Source: Methylocystis sp.
GTDB lineage: Bacteria; Pseudomonadota; Alphaproteobacteria; Rhizobiales; Beijerinckiaceae
Direction: 5' to 3'
NCBI RefSeq assembly: GCF_051062815.1
Contig: NZ_JBPFDU010000074.1
Span: 13,828 to 77,827 of the forward strand
Length of the DNA stretch: 64,000 nt
Positions within the stretch are counted from its first letter, which is position 1; the number at the start of each line of letters is the position of its first letter. Position numbers and translations under genes: made by a program. Positions 52,159-62,253 of the stretch are shown piece by piece. Below the pieces are notes generated by a model. It had not been told where the DNA came from, ran no database searches, and saw only the letters and a list, made by a program, of their open reading frames with translations.

Positions 52159-53418
52159 TTAGCGTGTAATCAATCGCGAGCCTCGATTGCCTGTCAGATA
52201 GGTCGCGATCCAGCTGATCGCGACGAAGATGCGGCTGCGCAAATTCACTAGAAAATAGATGTGCACGACGCTCCAGAAGAGCCAACCCGGAAAGCCGGTC
52301 AGTTCCAGTCGGCCGAGTTTGACGATCGCCGAGTTGCGGCCGATCGTCGCCAAATTGCCGTAGTCTCGATAGCGGAAGGGTTTGCGCGGAAAGCGCCCTT
52401 TCAGACGGAGCCGGATGGCGCGTCCGGCGTATTTGCCCATTTGCTTGGCGGAAGCCGCGAGCGCCGGAACCGGCGAGCCGTCAGGACCGGTCAGGAGAGC
52501 GAGATCTCCAATCACATAGACGTCGGGAAGGGCGGGAACCGTCAGGTCTTCGCTCACCGGAATACGTCCGGCGCCGTCGCTTTCAACGCCCAGCCAGTTC
52601 GCCGCGGGCGACGCTCGCACGCCAGCCGCCCAGAGGATGACGCCGGCGGGAATCTCCTTTTCTCCAGCGACGAGTCGGTCCTCGAAGATCTGGTCGACGG
52701 GCGTATCCGTCCGCACTTCCACGCCCTTTGCTTCGAGCGAATCGCGCGCATAGTCCGAAAGCCGTTCGGGAAAGCTTGCAAGAATGCGCGGCCCCGCCTC
52801 GAGCAGAATGATGCGCGCGTTCCGGGGATCGGCGCGGCGAAACTCCGGTGGGAGCGTTCGCCGGGCGAGTTCGGAAATCGCGCCGGCGAGTTCGACTCCC
52901 GTCGGACCGCCCCCGACAATGATGATGGTGAGCAGTCTCTCGCGCTCGCCGGGATCGACGCTGACCTCGGCGCGTTCGAACGCGAGAAGCAGCCGGCGGC
53001 GGATAAGCGTCGCGTCGGAAATGGATTTCAACCCCGGAGCCAAACTCGCCCAATTGTGACCGAAGTAGGAGTGGGTGGCCCCTGTCGCGACGACAAGGAA
53101 ATCATAGCCGATCTCGCATTTGTCGGTCTTCACGACTTTGCGGGCGGCGTCGACGCTCTCAACCGTGAGCATCAGGACGGTCACATCCTTCTGGCGCCGC
53201 ACGATGTGGCGTATCGGCCAGGCGACGTCAGGCGAAGCGAGGGCCGCCGTCGCGACCTGATAGAGCAGGGGCTGGAAGCAATGATGATTGTTGCTGTCGA
53301 GGATGAAGATGCGCGCTCCGGCGCCAGCAAGCGCCTGCGCAGCCGCAATCCCGGCGAAACCGCCGCCGATGATGACGACGCAAGGTTTGCACTCGGCGGC
53401 GCTGCTGTGCTGCTGCAT
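52159..53418 (-). CDS. ndh: Type II NADH dehydrogenase (NAD(P)/FAD oxidoreductase)
   Basis: GGGFAG, FQPLLYQVAT, GGGPTGVELAG, YVIGD, GNLATIGR. Confidence 0.9.
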   Translation of the reverse strand: MQQHSSAAECKPCVVIIGGGFAGIAAAQALAGAGARIFILDSNNHHCFQPLLYQVATAALASPDVAWPIRHIVRRQKDVTVLMLTVESVDAARKVVKTDKCEIGYDFLVVATGATHSYFGHNWASLAPGLKSISDATLIRRRLLLAFERAEVSVDPGERERLLTIIIVGGGPTGVELAGAISELARRTLPPEFRRADPRNARIILLEAGPRILASFPERLSDYARDSLEAKGVEVRTDTPVDQIFEDRLVAGEKEIPAGVILWAAGVRASPAANWLGVESDGAGRIPVSEDLTVPALPDVYVIGDLALLTGPDGSPVPALAASAKQMGKYAGRAIRLRLKGRFPRKPFRYRDYGNLATIGRNSAIVKLGRLELTGFPGWLFWSVVHIYFLVNLRSRIFVAISWIATYLTGNRGSRLITR

Positions 53419-53686
53419 AATGAACCATCCATGCGCAGGCGAGTCGTCGATTGGCTAAGCCGCCGATCGCGACTCAAGATTTAAGCCGTCAAAGGCGCCA
53501 AGGTTCCAGTCTCGCGCGACGCCTTCTCGCCGACATCCGAGGCAAAGCAACAAACTCAGACAGTGCAGGGCGCGACGCAGCGTGGGTCCCGCGGAAATTG
53601 AAAAATGATGAGCGGTATGATCGAGGAATGTGCGCTACGACATCGGAGAGCCGCGACGCGCAGCATGCGCATCGCGGCTCATCGCT

Positions 53687-54049
53687 TTACTGATTTGCCG
53701 CCTTCAAATGGACGAGCGCGGACTGGGCATGACGAACGCCTTTGTCAATGCGGCTGGCGTGGTGGGTGCGCTTGGCCGTCTTGAGCGCCCGACTGAGATG
53801 CTTCATCGCCGTCTTGATGTGGCCCTTGGGGTCTTCCCCGCTGGCCGCCTTGGCGTGATCCCAGGCGTTATGCGCATGCTCGGCGAAGGAGGAGGCATTA
53901 TGCCGCTTGCCTTCCTTGATCGCCTCATTCGTCTCCTCGATCGCCTGAGTCAGATGCTCGCTATGGCTTTGCGCCAACGCCATATGCGGCGTCACGAGAA
54001 AAGCGGCCGCGACGGCCAAAGCGGCGAAAATCGAACGACGTGCCAACAT
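53687..54049 (-). CDS. SmbP-like small His-rich periplasmic metal-binding protein
   Basis: Signal peptide, then helical repeats with 12 His (EHLTQAIEE, EHAHNAWDHAKAA, HIKTAMKHL, RHAQSALVHL). Confidence 0.75.
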   Translation of the reverse strand: MLARRSIFAALAVAAAFLVTPHMALAQSHSEHLTQAIEETNEAIKEGKRHNASSFAEHAHNAWDHAKAASGEDPKGHIKTAMKHLSRALKTAKRTHHASRIDKGVRHAQSALVHLKAANQ

Positions 54050-54180
54050 TAATATTACTCCCTTATCGCATTTCTCTTTGGTCTCGGCTCGGCGCCCGTC
54101 AGTATTAACCAAGGCGAAGAACCAATTTAAGAAATGGCGACTATTGCTTAGCTATCCAAGGCGACGTTTTGACGCCGTTC

Positions 54181-54209
54181 TTGCATTCCGTCGCGAGGGC
54201 GCCTATCCC
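54181..54209 (+). promoter_or_regulatory. Putative sigma70 promoter of rnpB
   Basis: TTGCAT - 17 nt - TATCCC. Confidence 0.5.
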
Positions 54210-54216
54210 TCAAAAA

Positions 54217-54595
<379 letters not shown>

Positions 54596-54597
54596 GA

Positions 54598-54854
54598 TTA
54601 AATTAGCGGTATTTCGTAGAGGAGATAAGGCGCTTCAGCGAACCAGGCCGGCGCGCATTGACGCAGGAGCACGCCGCCATTGGCTTTGATGACGCGGCGG
54701 AAACGACATTGTCGACGTCGCAGCTTAACCGGCGATTCCGATCCCCATGCAGCGACAGATGTCCAGTGCGAGCGCGAGCTGGCGCTTGCCATAGTGCGTC
54801 GAGATAGCTTTCGCGAAAAAGCGGCGTCGGCCGGACCAGAAAGCTTTGCGTCAT
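54598..54854 (-). pseudogene. Remnant of a COG3981-like GNAT acetyltransferase
   Basis: N-terminal LVRPTPLFRESYLDAL and C-terminal LSCDVDNVVS / (frameshift) RRVIKANGGVL match the family ends; the central domain is missing. Confidence 0.55.
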
Positions 54855-54895
54855 TCTGCTTGCGCCGCCTTGAGCCCGCCAAATTCGCGCCACCG

Positions 54896-54911
54896 TAAAC
54901 GCTCCCTTAAC
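54896..54911. promoter_or_regulatory. Candidate CtrA box upstream of the dcw cluster
   Basis: TAAA-N7-TTAAC, one mismatch to TTAA-N7-TTAAC. Confidence 0.35.
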
Positions 54912-55102
54912 GATAACAAAGCCTAATGAAGACGGTTGCCGAATTCGGCGCGTGGCGACCAGCCTGCTTCCGACGCCTCGCGGGTTTCATGTCGATCCAG
55001 ACCGCCCAGCCGCAATTGAGTCGTCTCGACGAGCCACAACTCGCCGGACGCACAGCGTCGCGCCGCCGACCCTCTCGCGCCGCGCGCCGCCTGGTGAGGA
55101 GC

Positions 55103-56110
55103 ATGAGAATGACGTCGGCGCCGCATATTCCGGTGCTGCGCGAGGAGGCGATCGCCGCCCTCGGCGTCCATCGTGGCGGCCGCTATATCGACGCCACCTT
55201 CGGCGCCGGCGGCTATACGCGCGCTATAATGGCGCAGCCGGAAACGCGCGTGCTCGCCTTCGACCGCGATCAGACCGCCGTGAAAGCCGGTCAGGCGCTT
55301 GTCGACGAGATGCGCGGACGGTTGACGCTCATTGAAGCGCGCTTTTCTCAACTCGAGGACGTTGCGCGCGCGCAAGGCTTCACGCCGCTTGACGGCGTCA
55401 TCTTCGACATCGGCGTCTCGTCGATGCAGTTCGACCAAGCCGCGCGCGGCTTTTCCTTCCGCGCCGAAGGACCACTCGACATGCGCATGGAGGGGCGTGG
55501 GCGCAGCGCCGCCGACATCGTCAATGAAGCGGATGTAGAGACGCTCGCCGATATCCTGTATTTCTACGGCGAGGAGCGCGCCGCGCGGCGTATCGCCCGC
55601 GCCATCGTCCACGACCGTGAGATTGCGCCTTTCACAACGACAAGAGCGCTGGCCGAAATGATCGCTCGCGTCGCTCCCAACCGCGCCAGCGACATTCATC
55701 CGGCGACCAAAAGCTTTCAGGCGTTGCGCATCGCCGTCAACGACGAGCTTCAGGAATTGCTGAAGGGGCTGCTTGGAGCGGAACGGCTTCTCGCCGAAGG
55801 CGGTCGTCTCGTCGTCGTGACGTTCCACTCGCTTGAGGATCGCATCGTCAAACAGTTTCTCGCCGAACGCTGCGGTCGCGGCGAAACCGGTTCCCGCCGT
55901 CTGCCGGGCGAAGCCGCGCCGCCGCAGCCAAGTTTCGTTTGCGAAGGCCGCCAACCGGTGACGCCCACGCCCGGTGAAACGGCCGCCAATCCGCGCGCGC
56001 GTTCGGCCAAATTGCGTTACGCGACCCGCACGGCCGCGGCGCCTCACCCGCTCGACCCAAAGCTCGCGCGCCTCGTTCATCTCCCCGATCGCGACAAGGG
56101 AAAAGCCTGA
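55103..56110 (+). CDS. rsmH: 16S rRNA m4C1402 methyltransferase
   Basis: HIPVL, DATFGAGGY, DIGVSSMQ, PLDMRM, FQALRIAVNDEL, FHSLEDR, NPRARSAKLR; start trimmed to ATG 55103. Confidence 0.96.
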   Translation: MRMTSAPHIPVLREEAIAALGVHRGGRYIDATFGAGGYTRAIMAQPETRVLAFDRDQTAVKAGQALVDEMRGRLTLIEARFSQLEDVARAQGFTPLDGVIFDIGVSSMQFDQAARGFSFRAEGPLDMRMEGRGRSAADIVNEADVETLADILYFYGEERAARRIARAIVHDREIAPFTTTRALAEMIARVAPNRASDIHPATKSFQALRIAVNDELQELLKGLLGAERLLAEGGRLVVVTFHSLEDRIVKQFLAERCGRGETGSRRLPGEAAPPQPSFVCEGRQPVTPTPGETAANPRARSAKLRYATRTAAAPHPLDPKLARLVHLPDRDKGKA

Positions 56111-56523
56111 TGCTGCGGCTCCTCAATATCGTTGCGGTTCTCGCGCTCGTCGGTTCGGCGGTTTACGCCTATTCGATCAAGTATCAGACGAGCTATCGCG
56201 CCGAGCAGATCGCAAAGACCAAGATCGAGATCAGGCAGGAGCGCGATGCGATTGCGGTGCTGCGCGCCGAATGGGCTTATATGACACGGCCTGAGCGCAT
56301 TCAGCAGCTCGCTGACGCTTATCTGCCCGGCATGAAACAGATTGAAGCGACGCAGATCGTCGCCGCGCAATCGCTTCCCGAGAGATCGCCGCGCGTCGAC
56401 TCCATCGGCAATAAGCTTGACGCGCTCGGATTGAGCATGCCGGCGACGCCGCCCGTCCCCGGCAGCGCGCCGACGACCACGCCCAAAGCGCAGGGACAAA
56501 GCCAAGAGCGACGCAAGCCATGA
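56110..56523 (+). CDS. ftsL: Cell division protein FtsL-like
   Basis: TM + coiled coil, LRAEWAYMTRPERIQ; between rsmH and ftsI. Confidence 0.8.
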   Translation: MLRLLNIVAVLALVGSAVYAYSIKYQTSYRAEQIAKTKIEIRQERDAIAVLRAEWAYMTRPERIQQLADAYLPGMKQIEATQIVAAQSLPERSPRVDSIGNKLDALGLSMPATPPVPGSAPTTTPKAQGQSQERRKP

Positions 56524-58295
56524 CGCAGATGATGCGCGACACGCAACCTTCGCCGCCGCCGAGCGGTAAAATTCGCGCGTTTCTGCGCGCCCTGTTTTCG
56601 ACGAGTCTCGCGCTGAGCGCATCGCGCATGCGGCTCGCGGCGATGGGCTTTCTCGTGCTCTACGCGGTGATTTCGATCAAGCTCGTCTATCTCGGCTTTA
56701 AGCCGGAGGCGGCGACGTCGCGGCGCGCCGCGGCGGAGGCGGTCGCGGCGTCCCGCCCGGACATCATCGATCGCAACGGCGAGGCGCTCGCAAGCGACGT
56801 CAAGGTGATGTCGGTGTTCGCCGAGCCGCGCCGCATCATTGACAAGGACGAAGCGACCGAGCTGTTGACCGCGGTTTTGCCTGGCCTCGACGCCCGCGAA
56901 TTGCGAGAGCGGCTCGGCTCCAAGAAGGGCTTCGTTTGGGTGAAGCGCGAGGTGACGTCGCATCAGCGCGACGAAGTTTTCCATCTCGGACTGCCGGGCG
57001 TCGGATTGATCCCCGAGAACAAGCGCGTTTATCCCAACGGACCGATCGGCGCGCATGTGCTCGGCTTCGCCAATGTGGACAATCAGGGCATCGCCGGCAT
57101 CGAGAAATACATCGACGGGCAGGGTCTCGCCGATTTGCACGGCGCCGGCTTCGGCGTAACGCCCGAGGAACTCAAGCCCGTGTCGCTTTCGCTCGACATT
57201 CGGGCCACGCATGCGTTGCGCGACGAACTCGAAAAGGGCGTCGTTCATTTCAAAGCGAAGGCAGGCGCCGCGGCGATCTTGGACGTCAACACCGGAGAGG
57301 TCATCGCGCTCGCATCGCTTCCCGACTACGATCCGAACAAGCCGACGGAAGCGCTCGATCCGATCCACATCAACCGCATGAGCGTCGGCGTCTATGAGAT
57401 GGGCTCGACCTTCAAGGCGCTGACCATCGCGATGGCGCTCGACTCCGGCAAGGTCAATTTGAATTCACGGCTCGACGCGCGCGGCGTGCTCTCTTTCGGG
57501 CGCTTCAAGATCCATGACTATCACGCGCAAAACCGCGCGCTCACATTGCCGGAAGTTTTCACCTATTCCTCCAATGTCGGCACCGCGCGTATGGCGATGG
57601 GACAGGGCGTGGAGCGGCACAAGGCGTTTTTGCGCAAGATGGGCCAGCTCACGCGCATGCGCACCGAACTGCCCGAAAGCGCCGAACCCATCGTGCCGAA
57701 AAATTGGGGCGAGTTGAACACCATGACCATCGCCTTCGGCCATGGCCTCGCGGTGGCGCCGCTCCAGGCGATGATGGCCGTCGGCGCGCTGATGAATGGC
57801 GGCTATCTGATCACGCCGACCTTCATCAAGCGCAGTGAGGAGGAAGCGAAGGCCGGCGCCGAACGCGTCGTGAAGCCGGAGACGAGCGAGGCGATGCGCT
57901 ATCTCATGCGCCTCAACGCCGAAATCGGCACGGCGCGGAAGGTGAATGTCCCTGGCTATTACGTCGGCGGCAAAACCGGCACCGCGGAAAAGGTCGTTAA
58001 CGGCCATTATTCGAAGAACCGGCTGTTTAACACCTTCATGGCCGTCGCGCCGTCGGACAAGCCGAAATATCTGTTCCTGACCATCATGGACGAACCGCAG
58101 GGCCTGCCGGAAACCGGCGGCTACGCCACTGCGGCCTATAACGCGGGGTATGTTACGGGCGAGATCATCGAGCGCGTCGGTCCGATTCTCGGCCTCGCGC
58201 CGCGTTTCGAGCCGCCGCACCAGCCTTTCCCTCTCCTCGCCAAATTGGGGTATGGCTATGCCAATGTTCCGGCCCGCGGCGGCGGAGGACATTGA
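56520..58295 (+). CDS. ftsI: Penicillin-binding protein 3
   Basis: RPDIIDRNG, GSTFK (SxxK), SSN, KTGTA. Confidence 0.95.
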   Translation: MTQMMRDTQPSPPPSGKIRAFLRALFSTSLALSASRMRLAAMGFLVLYAVISIKLVYLGFKPEAATSRRAAAEAVAASRPDIIDRNGEALASDVKVMSVFAEPRRIIDKDEATELLTAVLPGLDARELRERLGSKKGFVWVKREVTSHQRDEVFHLGLPGVGLIPENKRVYPNGPIGAHVLGFANVDNQGIAGIEKYIDGQGLADLHGAGFGVTPEELKPVSLSLDIRATHALRDELEKGVVHFKAKAGAAAILDVNTGEVIALASLPDYDPNKPTEALDPIHINRMSVGVYEMGSTFKALTIAMALDSGKVNLNSRLDARGVLSFGRFKIHDYHAQNRALTLPEVFTYSSNVGTARMAMGQGVERHKAFLRKMGQLTRMRTELPESAEPIVPKNWGELNTMTIAFGHGLAVAPLQAMMAVGALMNGGYLITPTFIKRSEEEAKAGAERVVKPETSEAMRYLMRLNAEIGTARKVNVPGYYVGGKTGTAEKVVNGHYSKNRLFNTFMAVAPSDKPKYLFLTIMDEPQGLPETGGYATAAYNAGYVTGEIIERVGPILGLAPRFEPPHQPFPLLAKLGYGYANVPARGGGGH

Positions 58296-59746
58296 TGCTG
58301 CTTTCGGAACTGCTTGCGACGCCAGACCTTGAGCCCGCCTTGCGCGGGCTTGCCGTCTCCGGCCTGACGGCCGATAGTCGAATGGCGCGCGGCGGTTTTG
58401 CCTTTTTCGCCATCCCGGGCCACGCCGGGGACGGCATGTCCTATGTCGCCGACGCGAAGTCGCGCGGCGCCTGCGTCGTCGTCGCTCAACAGCGAGCGGA
58501 CAGCCCGCTGCCGGTCGTCGTCGTCGATGACGTTCGGCGCGCCCTGGCCCTCGCCGCGGCGCGCTTCTTTTCTCGTCAGCCGTCGACGATCGCGGCTGTT
58601 ACGGGAACGAGCGGCAAGACCTCGGTCGTGGCCTTCTTGCGCCAGATCTGGGCCGCGCTTGGACATGAGGCGGCGTCGCTCGGCACCGTCGGAATCGTCG
58701 ATTCTCGCGGCGCGCATTATGGAGCGCTGACGACGCCTGGACCCGTCGAACTGCACCGAACGCTGGACGAACTTGCTGGACGTGGCGTGACGCATCTCGC
58801 CATGGAGGCGTCGTCGCTCGGGATCAATCAGCGGCGGCTTGACGGCATGCGCGTCGACGTCGCGGGCTTCACCAATTTCTCGCGCGACCATCTCGACCAT
58901 CACGCCGACATGGAGGAGTATTTCGCGGCGAAGATGCGGCTCTTCGACACGCTGCTGCACCCTGGCCAGACAGCGGTGATCGACGCGGACAGCGACGTTG
59001 CGTCCCGCGTCATCGACATTTGCCGGGCCAGGGACCTCACAATTTTGAGCGTCGGTTTGAAGGGAGAGGCGATAAGGCTCCTATCGGCGACGCCGTCCGC
59101 CTTAGCAACGTCGCTGCGGCTCGCCCATGAGGGCGTCGAATATGAGGTCGATCTGCCGCTTGCCGGCGCCTTTCAGGTCTCGAACGCCCTCGTCGCCGCG
59201 GGGCTGGCTATCGCAAGCGGCGATGATCCGGGGCAGGTCTTTGCGGCGCTCGAAGCGCTTAAAGGCGCGCCGGGGCGGCTCGAACTCGTCGGTCAGCGTA
59301 ATGGCGCGCCGATTTTCGTAGATTACGCGCATAAGCCCGACGCGCTGGAGAAAGTGCTCGCCACTTTACGGCCGCTGACAAAAAAACGCCTGATTGTCGT
59401 CTTCGGGTGCGGCGGCGATCGCGACCGTGGCAAGCGCCCGCTGATGGGGGACATCGTCGCCCGGGCGGCGGATATCGCCATCGTCACGGACGACAATCCG
59501 CGCAGCGAGGACGCCGCCGCCATTCGCGCAGAAATTCTCGAAGGAACCCGCGGCGGCGCGGCGCACATCATCGAGATCGGAGACCGGCGCGCGGCGATCG
59601 CCAACGCCGTCGCGGGGCTTGAACCGGGCGATGCGCTCGTCGTGGCTGGAAAGGGCCATGAAACCGGGCAGATCGTCGGCGACCGCGTTTTGCCTTTCTC
59701 CGATCATGAGGCGATCGCGCAGGCGCTCAAGGAGAATCATCCATGA
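58295..59746 (+). CDS. murE: UDP-MurNAc-tripeptide synthetase
   Basis: VTGTSGKT, DYAHKPD, GCGGDRD, DNPR, GKGHE. Confidence 0.97.
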   Translation: MLLSELLATPDLEPALRGLAVSGLTADSRMARGGFAFFAIPGHAGDGMSYVADAKSRGACVVVAQQRADSPLPVVVVDDVRRALALAAARFFSRQPSTIAAVTGTSGKTSVVAFLRQIWAALGHEAASLGTVGIVDSRGAHYGALTTPGPVELHRTLDELAGRGVTHLAMEASSLGINQRRLDGMRVDVAGFTNFSRDHLDHHADMEEYFAAKMRLFDTLLHPGQTAVIDADSDVASRVIDICRARDLTILSVGLKGEAIRLLSATPSALATSLRLAHEGVEYEVDLPLAGAFQVSNALVAAGLAIASGDDPGQVFAALEALKGAPGRLELVGQRNGAPIFVDYAHKPDALEKVLATLRPLTKKRLIVVFGCGGDRDRGKRPLMGDIVARAADIAIVTDDNPRSEDAAAIRAEILEGTRGGAAHIIEIGDRRAAIANAVAGLEPGDALVVAGKGHETGQIVGDRVLPFSDHEAIAQALKENHP

Positions 59747-61161
59747 CCAAGAGGCCGTTATGGTCGGGATTGGCGCTGGTCGGCGCGCTGCGGGCGCGCG
59801 CGAGCGGCGGCCTTGCGCGCGAAGCCGCCGGCGTTTCCATCGACACCCGCACCCTTCAGCCCGGCGATCTGTTTATCGCCATTAAGGGCGAGACGCGCGA
59901 TGGTCACGACTTCGTGCGGATGGCGTTCGAGAAAGGCGCGGCGGCGGCGGTCGTCGACGAAGCGCATGCGCCTGAGCTTTCCGGCGCCGGGCCGCTTTTC
60001 GTCGTCAGAGACGTGCAACAATCGCTGGAGTCGCTGGGCGCGCGGTCGCGCGAGCGAAGCGCCGCCTTCATCGCCGCCATCACCGGCTCCGTCGGCAAGA
60101 CCTCGACGAAGGACATGATCCGGCTGATGCTGTCGCGTTTCGGCGAAACGCATGCCTCGGCGGCGTCTTACAACAATCACTGGGGCGTGCCGTTGACGCT
60201 TGCGCGCATGCCGGCGGAGTCGCGCTTCGGCGTATTCGAACTTGGCATGAATCACGCGGGCGAGATCGCCGCGCTCGTCGCTCAGGTGCGCCCCCACGTC
60301 GCCGTCGTGACCCGCATTGCGCCGGTTCATCTCGAATATTTCGGATCAATCGAAAAGATCGCGGACGCCAAGGCCGAAATTTTTTCCGCGCTCGACGGCG
60401 GCGTCGCGATCATTAACCGCGACGACGGATTTTACGAGCGCCTCGCCGCGGCGGCCGCGCCAACCGCCAGCCATGTCTTTGGTTTCGGCGAGGCGGAAGG
60501 CGCGCATGCGCGGCTCCTGTCTTACGAGGCCGCCGGCGAAGGCGCGCTGGTCGAGGCGGAAATTCTCGAGCGGCGACTACGCTTTCGCATCGGCGCCCCA
60601 GGCAAGCATATCGCCATGAACGCGCTGGCGGCGCTGCTCGTGGGCGTCGTTTTCGACGTGGATTTGGAGGAAGCTGCCGCGGCCTTCGCCGAATTCACGC
60701 CGCCGTCCGGACGCGGCCGGCGCGAGAAAATAGCGACGCCAGATGGCGAGTTTACGCTCATCGACGAAAGCTACAACGCCAACCCGACCTCCATGCGGGC
60801 GGCGCTGCAGCTGCTCGGCGGCGCGGCGACCGGCCCCGGAGGCCGGCGCATCGCCGTGCTCGGCGACATGCTGGAGCTCGGGCCTCAGGCGGCCGAACTT
60901 CACGCCGAGCTCGCTCAGGATCTTATCGACGCCAACGTCGATCTGCTATTCACCTCGGGGCCGTTGATGTCGCGCTTGAGTTACGCTGTGCCTGATTCGA
61001 TGCGCGCGGCGCATCGGGCGACGCCGCTGGAGCTGGAAGAGGCCGTTCTCGCAGCGGTTCGTCCCGGCGATGTGGTGATGGTGAAAGGCTCTAATGGTTC
61101 GCGGATGGCGCGGATCGTCTCGGCCTTGAAAAGCGCATTCGCTCGCGAGATGGCGAGCTGA
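59743..61161 (+). CDS. murF: UDP-MurNAc-pentapeptide synthetase
   Basis: ITGSVGKT, NNHWGVP, DESYNANP, GDMLELG, VKGS. Confidence 0.97.
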   Translation: MTKRPLWSGLALVGALRARASGGLAREAAGVSIDTRTLQPGDLFIAIKGETRDGHDFVRMAFEKGAAAAVVDEAHAPELSGAGPLFVVRDVQQSLESLGARSRERSAAFIAAITGSVGKTSTKDMIRLMLSRFGETHASAASYNNHWGVPLTLARMPAESRFGVFELGMNHAGEIAALVAQVRPHVAVVTRIAPVHLEYFGSIEKIADAKAEIFSALDGGVAIINRDDGFYERLAAAAAPTASHVFGFGEAEGAHARLLSYEAAGEGALVEAEILERRLRFRIGAPGKHIAMNALAALLVGVVFDVDLEEAAAAFAEFTPPSGRGRREKIATPDGEFTLIDESYNANPTSMRAALQLLGGAATGPGGRRIAVLGDMLELGPQAAELHAELAQDLIDANVDLLFTSGPLMSRLSYAVPDSMRAAHRATPLELEEAVLAAVRPGDVVMVKGSNGSRMARIVSALKSAFAREMAS

Positions 61162-61170
61162 GGAGAGACG

Positions 61171-62253
61171 ATGCTGACGCTGCTTGCGGACTTCTCTTAT
61201 TTATACAGTCCGCTAAACATCTTCCGCTACATCACTTTTCGCGCCGCTATGGGGGCGGCGACGGCGCTGTTCTTCGTGTTTTTCTTCGGACCGGGCGTCA
61301 TCGCCGCGTTGCGCATCAAACAGGGCAAGGGCCAGCCGATCCGCGAGGACGGACCGGCTTCGCATCTTGTGACCAAAAAAGGCACGCCGACGATGGGCGG
61401 CCTGATGATCCTCTCGGGACTGGTCGCGGCGACGCTGCTCTGGGCGAATTTGCGCAACGCCTATGTGTGGATCGTGCTCTTCGTCACCGTCAGCTTCGGC
61501 CTCATCGGCTTTTATGACGACTATCTCAAGGTGACCAAGCAGTCGCACGCCGGCTTCTCGGGCAAGATGCGATTGGCGCTCGAGTTTTTGATTGCCGGCC
61601 TGGCCTGCTACGCGTTGATGGAAACCGGCGGCGAGAATATGACGAAGCTCGCCATCCCCATGGTGCGGGGCTATGTCGCGACGCTGGGTCCGCTCTTCAT
61701 CCTGTTTGGCGCCTTCGTCATCGTCGCCGCGGGCAACTGCGTCAATCTCACGGATGGACTCGACGGCCTCGCCATCGTGCCGTCGATGATCGCCGCCGGC
61801 GCCTTTGCGATCTTCGCCTATCTCGTCGGCAATTCGATCTTTTCGAATTATCTCGGCGTCAATTACGTCGCGGGCGTCGGCGAACTGACCATCGTTTGCT
61901 CGGCCTTTATCGGCGCGGGACTCGGCTTTCTCTGGTTCAACGCGCCGCCGGCGCAAATCTTCATGGGCGACACCGGCTCGCTGGCGCTCGGCGGGCTCGT
62001 GGGCGCCGTCGCCGTCGCGGTGAAGCAGGAATTCGTGCTCGTCATCGTCGGCGGGCTCTTCGTGATCGAAGGCGCCTCGGTCATCATCCAGGTCGCCTAT
62101 TTCAAGCTGACCGGCAAGCGCATCTTCCTGATGGCGCCGATTCATCACCATTTTGAACAGAAGGGCTGGAAGGAGCCGCAGATCGTTATCCGCTTCTGGA
62201 TCATCGCCTTCGTCCTGGCCCTGATGGGCCTCTCGACCTTGAAGCTGAGGTGA
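61171..62253 (+). CDS. mraY: Phospho-MurNAc-pentapeptide transferase
   Basis: [39 protein letters not shown]. Confidence 0.98.
   Translation: MLTLLADFSYLYSPLNIFRYITFRAAMGAATALFFVFFFGPGVIAALRIKQGKGQPIREDGPASHLVTKKGTPTMGGLMILSGLVAATLLWANLRNAYVWIVLFVTVSFGLIGFYDDYLKVTKQSHAGFSGKMRLALEFLIAGLACYALMETGGENMTKLAIPMVRGYVATLGPLFILFGAFVIVAAGNCVNLTDGLDGLAIVPSMIAAGAFAIFAYLVGNSIFSNYLGVNYVAGVGELTIVCSAFIGAGLGFLWFNAPPAQIFMGDTGSLALGGLVGAVAVAVKQEFVLVIVGGLFVIEGASVIIQVAYFKLTGKRIFLMAPIHHHFEQKGWKEPQIVIRFWIIAFVLALMGLSTLKLR

Noticed and set aside
7774-54049. A single copper-homeostasis island (pmoC unit, MNIO cluster, SmbP)
   Set aside because: The three loci are separated by tens of kb of core genes with no shared boundaries or mobility marks; co-location may be chance.
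54926-55102. N-terminal extension of rsmH or a possible mraZ
   Set aside because: No SpoVT/AbrB-like MraZ motifs; RsmH homology starts at HIPVL after ATG 55103/55109.
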